Shown: positions 19,203 to 29,695 of the stretch, one piece after another | How the letters are laid out: each line of letters opens with the position of its first letter | Numbering within the stretch: the stretch's first letter is position 1 | NCBI GenBank assembly: GCA_963704885.1 | Contig: CAVPIB010000004.1 | Location: 832,001-896,000, forward strand | DNA: 64,000 nt | Source: an uncultured Actinomycetes bacterium | Lineage (GTDB): Bacteria; Actinomycetota; UBA4738; HRBIN12 | Reading direction: 5' to 3' | The notes under the pieces: model-generated | The model's input: the letters and a program-made list of their open reading frames with translations, nothing else | Databases searched by the model: none | Told to the model about the DNA's origin: nothing | Translations under genes and position numbers: made by a program

Positions 19203-19463
19203 CCGACTTGCCCTCCCATCTCAGCTGCCCCGATCTCGGTAGCCGGAACCTGATACCGGCGTAACTAGTCCCCGCTGTGGGTTCTGCCTTCTTCTTCTGT
19301 TCGGACGCCCGACCTAGCCCTCGGAGTGTCGATGTGTTCCGGGGATTCTGACGGTCATCAAGGGGATACGGCATCCCCACAATGGGGGATACGGGTCATA
19401 GCCTTTGTCGTAGGCCAACTGCGGGGTCGACGACCGTCGCGGATGGTTAGTCGCATCTGGAGC

Positions 19464-19531
19464 GGGTTGCCCTTAGGCCGATCGTTTGACGGGCAACCCT
19501 ACACGGTCACGGAGCGACCGTGTAGGGTTGC
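19464..19531. promoter_or_regulatory. Overlapping, mutually exclusive inverted repeats in the divergent intergenic region
   Basis: Perfect 16-bp stem 19493-19508/19516-19531 (GCAACCCTACACGGTC/GACCGTGTAGGGTTGC). Alternative 9-bp stem 19464-19472/19491-19499 (GGGTTGCCC/GGGCAACCC). Confidence 0.6.
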
Positions 19532-19646
19532 TGGCTACATCGATCAGAGGTCGGTGCCGCCCGGACCAATGCCTTAAGGCGAAGGACCCGAGCGTCCCCA
19601 GGTCACCGACCAGGTACTTCCCCCCGAGCGACCAAGGAGTCTCGCC

Positions 19647-21822
19647 ATGTCACTTGAGCGTACGTCCCCGTCTGGGGCGCCCGTTCGTTCAGAGCACCCC
19701 CCCTCCCGGCGGAGGGTCGGAGTCGCCCTGGCCCTCACGCTGGTCGCGGCGCTGCTGGCTGTCGCCCCGACGGTTGGAGCCGGAGCCGCGGCATCGTCAT
19801 TCCTGGGAACCAAGCCCTATCTTCGTCTCTTCACGCAAGCCGGGGACTGCATGCAGATCATCAACGCCAACAACCTCATGGGCTCAGCCCTCACGGCCAA
19901 GCTCGACGAGCTCACGTCGTACTACGTGCACTTCCACAGTGAGGGGAGCAACAACTTCCAGCTCGGCAAGGACTGCCAGGGCTCGTCACCGACCACGTTC
20001 GCGTCCAAGCTGGCGGGTCGGGGCGCGTGGGTTTCGAACTATAGGAACGGCTCGTTCGTCTCCCAGGCGAACCTTGGTCAGATCAACTTCGGTGAGGCGG
20101 CCGACATCGAGACGAAGGCGCCCCTGCGCGATCGGCACATACTGGCCCGGCAACTACATCCCCAACCAAGCCGGGAACGACAATTCCACCGGCGCCCGGC
20201 TGACGGCGGCCCTGACCGCGAACGCCACCACGGTGAGGGTCTCTTCGGTGGCATCGAGCGGTCGCCCGTCAGGGAGTTCCTCCACCTGGCCGTACATCAA
20301 TTCGAAGGGTTCAGGCCTGAACGCGAACGCACATTCGAAGAGCACGGCCGACTACGTCTCGTGGATCAGGGTGGACAACGAGCTGATGCAGATCACATCG
20401 AATCCCGCCACCAGCGGCACCGACGTGGTTCTGACCGTCCGTCGCGGGCTCTGGGGGACCGGGGCGACATCACACTCCGTGAGTAGCAGGGTCATGGCTC
20501 CTACCTACCTCGGGAACCGGAACGCCGACTCCAGCCTGAGCGGGACCCCGAGCCGCAACAACGCAAGCTACCCCCTCCGCTACGCCATCAAGATCTGGCA
20601 GTCGAACGGCTACGGCTGGCTGGCAGACCGTATCCAGGCGTCGTTCGGCTCCGGGCTCCAAGGGTTCAACACGGTGTGGCTGGACGTGTCGAGCTGTCAC
20701 CAGGACAACCATTCCGACCCCTACGGCAACCCGGTCTTCGGCTGGTACGACGCCAGCAACACGAAGATGATGGCCACGCAGTACGGCGCTGCCCAGAAGA
20801 CGAAGCTCGCAGGTCTTCGCTCGCGTTTCCCCGGCGTGAAGTTCACAGGGAACAACATGTTCCAGAACGACGCCTGTAACTTCGACCTGCTGGGAAACGC
20901 GTACGACGGCGGCGTCATCGAGAACTACCTCCAGTCCGCGAACGGCTCGTGGGCCGAGCAGATGGAAACGACCTTCGCCGCGATGGTCGGCAACTGGCCT
21001 GCGCTCTACTGGGCCCGGTGGGATTACGGCTTCGGTGGATCGGTTCCCGCCTACAAGCGGTTCACGTATGGCTCGGTTCTCCTGGCCTACCGCACGTCAG
21101 ATACGCGCTACCAGTACGGCGGCACGTTCAACCTGAACAAGCCCGACGAGCTCTTCTTCTGGAACTTCGGAGCCCCGCAGGGCAGCCCGAGCTCGATAAC
21201 CGATGTCGATATCCCTGGTACCTCGCTCTACAGGCGTGACTTCGCGAACGGGTTCGTGGTCGTGAATCCATCGAACTCGTCGGCGAACTACAGCCTGGGG
21301 GGCACCTTCTACGACGCGGTCAACAAGGACGCTTCGGGCAACCCGGAGGCCGTCACGTCCGTGACGATCGCCGCACACGACGCCGCCTTCCTCCTGCGCG
21401 ACTCAAGCTCTGGCGGTGGCGGTGGCGGCGGTGGCGGTGGCGGTGGCGGTGGCGGCGATACGACGACGCCCAATACCACGCTGACCCAGCCGGCCGCGGG
21501 AGCGTCGATCCCCAGAGGCACCATCAACATAAGCGGCACTGCGACCGACAACACGGGCGTCACGCGAGTGAGCGTCGGCATCCAGCGGACTTCGACCGGT
21601 CTTTGGTGGCATGCCAACGGAACCTGGGGGTCCTACCAAGCCCTCACGGCGACCCTGGTGTCCGCCGGCGCCACGACCACGACGTGGCGCTACCGGTGGC
21701 CTGCGCCCAACACAGGGAACTTCTTGATCCAGGCTACTGCGCGAGATGCCGCGAACAACGTCGACGCGTCACCCGCCACGAGGTCGTTCAGGGTCAGATG
21801 GAGAGCCCGAACTTCGACTTAG
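19647..21822 (+). CDS. Secreted GHL15-like glycoside hydrolase + poly-Gly linker + Trp-rich Ig-like domain (GH-1), +1 frameshift near 20127
   Basis: AAGGAG RBS and signal peptide. Joins ORFs 19647..20486 and 19486..21822 at ETKAPL|AIGTYW by alignment with the paralogue. FNTVWLD, YDGGVIE, YRRDFANGFVVVNPS. Confidence 0.75.
21412..21456 (+). repeat. (GGY)15 trinucleotide repeat encoding a poly-Gly linker
   Basis: ggcggtggcggtggcggc... between the GH and Ig-like domains. Confidence 0.85.
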
Positions 21823-22158
21823 GGTCGAGTCTGACCTTGATCCTGACCTGACGCGAGCGATCGTAACCTGATCTTCTTCTGGGACGCCGGTCGAGGGTGT
21901 CCGTAGCTCCCGCTGATGCGCCGACACATGTCAAGGGCCGCATGGCGAAGAACCACTCACCCGAGAGGGTGACACCCGCCGTGGGCCCCGTTCGTCACCG
22001 AATCAGCCGACCGACCGATACAGGAGGGGCGCCCACCAAGCCGACGTAGCCAGTACGGAATCGAACCGTGATGCCGGAACCCACCGAGGGGGCGGAGTCG
22101 CACACACGTGCCACCGTCCTGCACCCACGGAGGTCTGGTCAGGGGGAGGTACGCACTG

Positions 22159-25100
22159 ATGCGAACGAAGCGATCGATCGGGACGGCGCTCGCGATCTTC
22201 ATGGTGTTCCAGCTGGTGGGAGCGCTCGGCTCGGCGGGGCCTCGGCTTCCGCTCCCGACTTCCCGTCGCTGCTTCCGAACCATCCGTACCTCAGGCTCTT
22301 CACGCAGGTGAACGACTGCCTTCAAACCCGTACTGCGAACCAGCTCACGGGGTCGTCTCTCTCGGCCCGGCTCGACGAGCTCACTCGCTGGTTCGTCCAC
22401 TTCCACAGCGAGGGCAGCAATAACTGGTTGCTCGGGAAGGACTGCCAAGGGTCGTCGACGACGACGCTCGCCAGCAAGCTCTCCGACCGAGGCGTCTGGA
22501 CGTCGAACTATCGCAACGGCTCGTTCGTCTCCCAAGCCAATCAGGGCCAGATCAACTTCGGGGAGGCCGCCGACATCGAGACGAAGGCGCCCCTTTCCAT
22601 CGGCACCTACTGGGCGGGCAACTACCGGCCCAACGTAGCCGGCAACGACGCCTCGACTGCGGCACGGCTCACGCAATCGCTTTCCTCCGGAGCCACGACC
22701 GTCACCGTATCGGCGGTACCTGCGTCCGAACGCCCCTCCGGCACGTCCGGAACATGGCCATTCCTCAACTCCAGAGGAGCCGGACTGAACATCAACGCAC
22801 ACTCGCAGAACACCTATGACTTCGTTTCGTGGATCCGCGTGGACAACGAGATGATGCAGGTCATCGCCAACCCACAGCTGAGTGGAAACGACGTCATCCT
22901 CACGGTTCGCCGCGGGCTGTGGGGCACCAACGCCGCCTCGCACACGGTCGACAGCCGGGTCATGTCGCCGACCTACATCGGCAACGTCAACGGTGAGTCG
23001 CAGCTGAACGGCACGCCGCTACGAGCGGACCCGAGCTCCCCGCTCCGATACGCGCTGAAGCTATGGCAGTCCGACGCCGCCAACTGGATCGCCGACCGGA
23101 TCCAGACGACCTTCGGCGCGGGACTGCAAGGCTTCAACACCGTTTGGCTCGACGTGTCGAGCTGTCATCAGGACAACCACGCCGATCCCTCCGGGAACCC
23201 GGTGTTCGGTTGGTACGACGCTGGGAACACGAAGATGAACGGCACCCGATACGGGGAGACGCAGAAGGCGAAGCTCGCTGTCCTGCGCTCCCGCTTCCCA
23301 GGCGTGAAGTTCACGGGCAACAACATGACCTACAACGACACGTGCAACAACGATCTGCTGAACAACGCCTACGACGGTGGTGTGCTCGAGCACTACCTGA
23401 AGTTGGAGATGGGAGCCAGCTTCACGAGCCAGATGGACCTGACGTTCGACTCGATGGCCAACAACTCGCCGGCACTGTTCTGGGTTCGGTGGGACTACCT
23501 CATGAACGGCAACGTCGAGGCCTACAAGCGCTTCGCGTACGCGTCCGTCCTGCTCGGCTACCGCACCAGCGCCAGCCGATACCAGTACGGCGGCACGTTC
23601 AATCTCGACAAGCCCGGGAACCTGTACTTCTGGGATTGGGGCACTCCCCAGGGCACTCCATCGCAGCTCTCCGATGTCGCGATCCCGGGAACTCCCCTGT
23701 ACCGTCGAGACTTCCAGAATGGCTTCGTCTTGGTGAACCCCTCGAACTCACCGGTCAGCTACAACCTTGGCGGCACCTTCTACGACGCTGTCGCGAACGA
23801 CACGAACCCGGTGCCGGTGACGTCCGTGACCGTCGGCGCACGAGACGCTGCTTTCCTGCTGCGTCCCGCCTCTGGCTCGGGGAGCCAGACGCCTGCCCCG
23901 ACGCCGACTCCCTCGCCGAGCCAGGCCCCGCCGCCCAGCCCGGCGCCGTCGCCTTCGCCTTCGCCTTCGCCATCTCAGTCGCCCACAACCACGTTCCCGA
24001 TCGGAACCACGACGATCACCGTGCCGTCGGGATCGAAGAACCTGTCGGTGACGGTGCACTATCCAGCCACGAGCGCCGGCGCCGACAAGCCGGTCGCTCC
24101 CGGTACGCATCCGCTCATCGTGGTCGGTCATGGAGCCGCGTTGACAGGGGTCGATTCGGCCACGCAGAACGACTACCTCGCCTCCGCTGGCTACATCGTG
24201 GCTGGGCCGTCGTTCGGGAACATCGTCTACGACATCCCGCAGGGCGCACGCGACGTGACGGCCGTGATCACGAACATGTCGGGGCTCTCGTCGGGCCTCC
24301 TGGCGAACAAGGTCGATGTCGCACGGGTCGGGTATCTGGGGACCTCGATGGGCGGCATGATCGGCCTCGCCCTGCTACAGCCCGCCACCTATGACGCCCG
24401 TGTCAAGGCCATCGTCGTACGTGCCGGGAGCACCACCGGAAGCGGAGCGCTGGTTGCAGGGCCCGCCCTGCTCCAGATGCATGGCACGGCGGATACGACG
24501 GTACCGTTCGCATCCGGTCAGGCGGCCTACGCGCGAGCCCAAGCACCCAAGGCGTTCATCTCGCTCGCCGGTGTGGGACATGACCTCGTCGTCCAGGGCC
24601 CGCTCTTCAAGGAGGGTCCGCTGGGGTTCTTCGCGCGGTTCGTGCTCGGCGACCCGGGTGGTCTCGAGCGCCTGAACGCTGCCGTCGCGGCAACGCCTAT
24701 CGCGACGATGGAATCGCAGTGGGGAGCGGCACCGCCCCCTTCGCCGAGCCCGATCCCGTCGGCCCCGCCGTCGCCGAGCCCTGTGCCTTTGCCGTCGCCG
24801 TCTCCGTCGACCCCGCAGGGGCCAGCACCGCCTGCCCCGTCACCCAGCCCGGCGCCTTCGCCTTCACCAAGTCCTCAGCCGATCCCCGACAACACGGCGC
24901 CCGATACATCGGTGAACTCGCCGGCTAACGACGCCACCCTACCCTTGAAGTCCGTCGCGATCCGCGGGGGGGCAACGGACAACGTGGGTGTGGCCCAGGT
25001 CTTCGTTGCCATCCGCAACAAGGTCTCTCGCTTGTGGCTGCAGCCGAACGGGAACTGGGGCTCGACTTATCAGAACCTGCCGGCGAGCGTACCCTCGCCT

Positions 25101-25589
25101 GGAGCCACTTCAACATCCTGGTCGTACAACTGGGCGCCTCAGACCCCAGGATCATTCATCCTGGTCATCAAGGCGAAGGACAGTGCGGGGAACCTTGATC
25201 CCTCCCCCGCCGGTTCATCCTTCAAGGTGGGCTCCGATAAGCTCGCGGCGCGAGCGCGGGTGGCAACCAGGAACGTTCGCGCCCGGCCCAACGCTCGACC
25301 CGGTCGGAACGTCCTCCTGCGCGGGTCGGCGTTCGACAACCAGGCGGTCGGCGCGGTGTTGGTCGCCATCAAGAGCAAGGCCACCGGCCGCTACTGGCAC
25401 CCGGGCGGCAAGTGGGGGCGCCAGCACTACTACCGCTCGAGGCTGGGCACGCCGGGAGCCCGCTCGTCGAACTGGCGGTTCCGCGTGCAGCTTCGCCCCG
25501 GACGCTATCGATTGCAGCTTGCTTCGATCGACTCCTCGGGCAACCTGTACATCAGGTGGATCAGGATCCGCGTACGCTATCACCGCTGA
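22159..25589 (+). CDS. Secreted GHL15-like hydrolase + alpha/beta-hydrolase (esterase) + 2 Ig-like domains, Pro/Ser linkers (GH-2), -1 frameshift near 22236-22240
   Basis: ATG at 22159 after GGGGGAGG gives the signal peptide MRTKRSIGTALAIFMVFQLVGALGSA, which joins ORF 22068..25589 at a G run. The GH part is paralogous to GH-1. GTSMGG, HGTADTTVP and GVGHD supply Ser/Asp/His triad motifs. Confidence 0.78.
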
Positions 25590-25615
25590 CCCACGCGCCC
25601 GGCCGTGGACACGGC

Positions 25616-25639
25616 AAGGGCGGCCCTCGGGCCGCCCTT
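25616..25639. terminator. Hairpin between convergent genes (possibly bidirectional terminator)
   Basis: AAGGGCGGCC-ctcg-GGCCGCCCTT. Confidence 0.65.
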
Positions 25640-25670
25640 CCGGCTCCCCCGGTGCTCATCCGGTGGAAGC

Positions 25671-28600
25671 TTAGGTAACCGTGAAGACCCTCCAGATGGT
25701 GTTCGCGCCCAGGTTCCCGGCCGCATCCAACGCTCGCGCCTGGAAGCCATAGCCACCGGTCCCCGGTGGGTTGAAGATGTATGTCCAACCCGTGTTGACG
25801 CCGCCGGGCGTATCCAGAACGGCCGTCACGAAGGTGAAGGCTCCCCACCCCGATCCGTTCCACCACTGGCCGGTGGCAGCGTTCCTGATCGAGACGCGAA
25901 CCACCGTGACGCCGACCTCGTCGGAGGCGGTGCCGCTCACCGTGATCGGCGCCGGCCCCGACGAGTTGTTCAATGGCGTGCTGACGAGGGTCACAGGTGC
26001 CGACGTGTCGACGAACGGCGGCTGGATCGTGAAGCTCCGCGGCGCGGTGCTCGTGCCGAGGTTGCCGATCGAATCGACACCGCGGACCTGTACCGCGTAG
26101 CTGCCCGCGGCCGCGGGGTTGAACGTGTATGCGTAGCCCGTACTCGTGCCGCCCGGGTCGTCGAGCGTCGCGGTAACGAACGTGGTGCCGGTAACCCAGC
26201 CCGATCCGTTCCACCACTGCAGACTGTTGCTGTCCTGGATCGACACCCTCACGGCGGCGACCCCTGAGGGGTCTGAGGACGTCCCGCTCACGCCGACCGA
26301 GCCGAAAGGCAGAGACTGGCCGCTCGAGGGTGTGATCAGAGCGATCGTCGGCCCGGTCGTGTCTCCGCCGGGAGCCGTGATGTTGAAGTTCCTCCAGGTC
26401 GTGTTGCCGCCGACGTTCCCGCTGGTGTCCACCGACTTCACTTGGATCCCGAAGTTGCCTGCTATCCCGGGGTCGAACGGATAACTCCAGTTCACGGCGA
26501 CGCCGCCGGGATCGTCCAACGTGGCCACGACGTATGAACCACCGGCCCCCCAACCGGTGCCGGTCCACCATTGCAGGGTGGCGTTGTTGCGGATGGCCAC
26601 GCGGACCGCGGCCACCCCCGAGTTGTCGGTTGCGGATCCGCTGATGCCGATCGGTGCCGGTCCTGATGAACCGTTGACCGGTGAGGAGATGGTCGTGTCG
26701 GGCAAGGTCGTGTCCACAGGAAGAACCGTGAATGCACGGGACGCAGGTGACGTGTCGACGTTGGTCGCGGCGTCGGTCGCTCTGGCGAACGCCGTATAAC
26801 CGCCCGAGGCTGGCGAGTGCCAGGCGTATGACCAACCCGTCGAGGGAGCACCCGGAGAGAAGAGCGTAGTGCCGAGCCACTGCTGCGAACCGGTCCAGGC
26901 CGACCCACTCCACCACTGGCCGGTTCCGTCGTCGCGGATCGATACGGCGACCGACACGACGCCGACGTTGTCGGTCGCGTCTCCCGCTATCCCCACCGTG
27001 CCCGCCGGCACGGACTGCCCCGAGGTCGGCGCCGTGATAGAGGTATCGGGCGAAACCGCATCGCTGACACCTGCCACCGTGAACCGCGTGAAGGGGGCAT
27101 CGGTTTCGACGTTCCCGGCAGCATCCAGCGCCCTCGACGTAACGAAGTAAGAGCCACTGCCTGCGGCTCCACCGAAGAAGCTGTAGCTCCAGGTCGTCTC
27201 GAGCGCCCCCGGAGTGACCACGGTGCCCGGGATCCAGATCTGGGATCCGTTGACGAACGTCCCCGTGCCCGGGTTGAACCAGCGGTTCGTGTTCCGATCC
27301 TTGATCGAGACCTGAGCTTGCGTGATGCCGACGTTGTCGCCCGCGGTCCCCTGGAATGTGACCGGGCCTACCGGCACCGTGGCGTCGATGGGCGGCGCGG
27401 TGATCGAAGTGACCGGCGGAAGCTTGTCGCCGGGTGACCCAGCGGTCGAGAAGTCGACGACCGGGATCGTCGCCGATGCGATCGACGAGATGTCGGTACC
27501 CCGCACCTCAGCGTGGTAATGCCTGTCGTAATCCGCGCCATTGAACGCGAACGAATAGGTCATGCTCGTGATCGAGGCGCCGGAAACAGGCGCCTGGTTC
27601 CATCTCTGCGCGGAGCCCCAAGTGGCGGTCCTGGAATCCCACCAGAGGTTCGTGTCGGTGTCCTTCACGGATACCTCGACCTGCGCGACGCCGAACGGCG
27701 CCGAATCCGTCGCCGAGCCCGAGATCCGAAGGCCACTCGCCGCGATGGTGGCACCGTTCGTAGGCGACGAGATCGTCACGACTGGTTTCTTGTTGTCGCC
27801 CGTCGGCTTAGGCACGGTGGTGGAGTAGACCTGGATGCGGTCGTTGGCCGAGTCGGCTACGTACAGGTTGCCCACAGCATCGTGAGTGATACCGGCCGGA
27901 TTGCTGAATTGGTAGGGACCAGTTCCGTAACCCCCCCACTTCCCCAAGTAGGCCCCGTTCAGGTCGAACGCCTGGATCCGCGAGAGTTGCGTGTCGGTGA
28001 TGTAGACGACCCCGTTCACTATGGTGATGCCCCAAGGGTTCTGAAACTGGCCGTTTCCGGACCCTGTGCTTCCCCACGTCCGGATCGTCGTCCCGAGGTT
28101 GGGTGACAGCACAGTTACCTTGTCGCTGGACCATGAGACCACGTACACGTTGCCGGTGGACGGATCGACGGCGACACCGTTGTTGCTCAGGCTCTTCTGA
28201 TTGATCTCGACACCGGTGTCTGCGTTCAGACGTTTGACCACTCCCGAGTTGTAGTCGCCGATGTACGCAAACCCTCCGTAGAAGTCTGCATCAACCGGCC
28301 ACCGGAAGTACCCCGCGGCAGAGGAGTCGTTCGTCTCCGACCCGAGCGTGTCAACGTAGCTTGCGTCGGCGTTGAACCGGCGGATGTTGTGCGCACGGGT
28401 GTTCGTCACCCAGAGCCGGTTGAGGTCCTGGTCGAACCCGATACCGCGCGGATAGTCGAAACCGTACGGAGCGAGCGAGTTGCGTTTGCCGTACGACGCC
28501 TCGACCGATCCATCTGGCAGGAAGACCTGGAAGCGCTGCGCCCAGGTATCAGCGACGTAGACCTTGCCTGTGTCGTTGTCGACGGCGACGCCACGCGGCT

Positions 28601-29687
28601 GGGAGAGCGAACCAACGGGCGCGCCGGCAGCCGGGTCGGGATATATGCCCTTCAGCGTGCCGTTCGGCGTGAACCGTTGGAACCGGAAGTTGCCGTAGTC
28701 GGCGTCCCAAACGTCGCCGTCGGGCCCAACCGTGAGTTGGCGGCCGCCGTCTGCGAACTGGCCCGGCCCCGAGCCGTTGGAGCCCCAGTTCTTGAGCGGC
28801 GTACCGGTGAGCGTGAACTTCTCCACCTGCCCGGCGTCCGAGTCGTTCACGTAGAGCCAGCCGTTGACCTCGTCGACCGCGACACCGCGAAGGTCGCTCG
28901 AGAATTGCCCGACCGCGTCCCCGGGGCCTCCGATATCGCGGATCCACGTGGGCGTCGAAGTGCCGGCCGTCGCGTAGACGTGGACCTCTTTGTTCGTAGA
29001 GTCGTTGATATAGAGGTTGTCGCTTGCGTCCATCGCGATGCCGTACCCGATCCCCATCGCCCCGTTGTTGCTCCCCCACGTACCGAAGCTCCGGCAGGCG
29101 TAGGTACCGGAGGTTGCCTTGAGGCAACCCGATGTGCTGCCGGTAGGCGAGAACTGGCGGATCTTGGGCGGCGTAGACGAGTTGTTCCAGTAATGAGCGT
29201 CCTGTACCCAGATGTTGCCGTACGAGTCGACCGTCAGCCACACGTGATAGTGGTTGCCGCTCGTGAACCCGGACAGTGAGATCCTGGCGAGGAAGACCCC
29301 CGTCTTGTCGTAGCGGGCCACCACCCCTCGCGCGCCGCCGTCCGCGAGCTCGGGCACCAGGATGTCACCGTTTCTGGGATCGACCGCTAGCGAGTATGGC
29401 TGTCCATCCGGGTTGGGTCGATAGAACGACCCCAGCAGGTTCCCGTTCATGTCGTATCGACGGATCTGGAAGTTCAGGTAGTCCCCGACCACGATCTCGT
29501 TGCTCACGGGGTTGTATTGGATCCCCCAGGCGAACACAGCAGGCTCGCCATTGCCGCTTATCGACCTCATGATCGAGGGAGGAGACCATGCGGCTTCCGC
29601 AGGGGCGGCGGAGGCGACCGTCAACGCGACCGACGACACGCAAAGGGCCAGGGCGCCGACGAAGAGACGGGGGAGGCGAGCGTGCAT
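25671..29687 (-). CDS. Secreted NHL double propeller + 6 Trp-rich Ig-like domains (protein D, 1338 aa)
   Basis: Signal peptide ending AEA-A. NHL repeats, six Ig-like modules. 8 nt downstream of the gene E stop. Confidence 0.87.
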   Translation of the reverse strand: MHARLPRLFVGALALCVSSVALTVASAAPAEAAWSPPSIMRSISGNGEPAVFAWGIQYNPVSNEIVVGDYLNFQIRRYDMNGNLLGSFYRPNPDGQPYSLAVDPRNGDILVPELADGGARGVVARYDKTGVFLARISLSGFTSGNHYHVWLTVDSYGNIWVQDAHYWNNSSTPPKIRQFSPTGSTSGCLKATSGTYACRSFGTWGSNNGAMGIGYGIAMDASDNLYINDSTNKEVHVYATAGTSTPTWIRDIGGPGDAVGQFSSDLRGVAVDEVNGWLYVNDSDAGQVEKFTLTGTPLKNWGSNGSGPGQFADGGRQLTVGPDGDVWDADYGNFRFQRFTPNGTLKGIYPDPAAGAPVGSLSQPRGVAVDNDTGKVYVADTWAQRFQVFLPDGSVEASYGKRNSLAPYGFDYPRGIGFDQDLNRLWVTNTRAHNIRRFNADASYVDTLGSETNDSSAAGYFRWPVDADFYGGFAYIGDYNSGVVKRLNADTGVEINQKSLSNNGVAVDPSTGNVYVVSWSSDKVTVLSPNLGTTIRTWGSTGSGNGQFQNPWGITIVNGVVYITDTQLSRIQAFDLNGAYLGKWGGYGTGPYQFSNPAGITHDAVGNLYVADSANDRIQVYSTTVPKPTGDNKKPVVTISSPTNGATIAASGLRISGSATDSAPFGVAQVEVSVKDTDTNLWWDSRTATWGSAQRWNQAPVSGASITSMTYSFAFNGADYDRHYHAEVRGTDISSIASATIPVVDFSTAGSPGDKLPPVTSITAPPIDATVPVGPVTFQGTAGDNVGITQAQVSIKDRNTNRWFNPGTGTFVNGSQIWIPGTVVTPGALETTWSYSFFGGAAGSGSYFVTSRALDAAGNVETDAPFTRFTVAGVSDAVSPDTSITAPTSGQSVPAGTVGIAGDATDNVGVVSVAVSIRDDGTGQWWSGSAWTGSQQWLGTTLFSPGAPSTGWSYAWHSPASGGYTAFARATDAATNVDTSPASRAFTVLPVDTTLPDTTISSPVNGSSGPAPIGISGSATDNSGVAAVRVAIRNNATLQWWTGTGWGAGGSYVVATLDDPGGVAVNWSYPFDPGIAGNFGIQVKSVDTSGNVGGNTTWRNFNITAPGGDTTGPTIALITPSSGQSLPFGSVGVSGTSSDPSGVAAVRVSIQDSNSLQWWNGSGWVTGTTFVTATLDDPGGTSTGYAYTFNPAAAGSYAVQVRGVDSIGNLGTSTAPRSFTIQPPFVDTSAPVTLVSTPLNNSSGPAPITVSGTASDEVGVTVVRVSIRNAATGQWWNGSGWGAFTFVTAVLDTPGGVNTGWTYIFNPPGTGGYGFQARALDAAGNLGANTIWRVFTVT

Positions 29688-29695
29688 GATCTTCC

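Noticed and set aside
23880-24890. Short CCGTCG/CCTTCG repeats as a CRISPR or non-coding array
   Set aside because: They encode Pro/Ser linkers inside GH-2. There is no repeat-spacer structure and no cas gene anywhere in the window.
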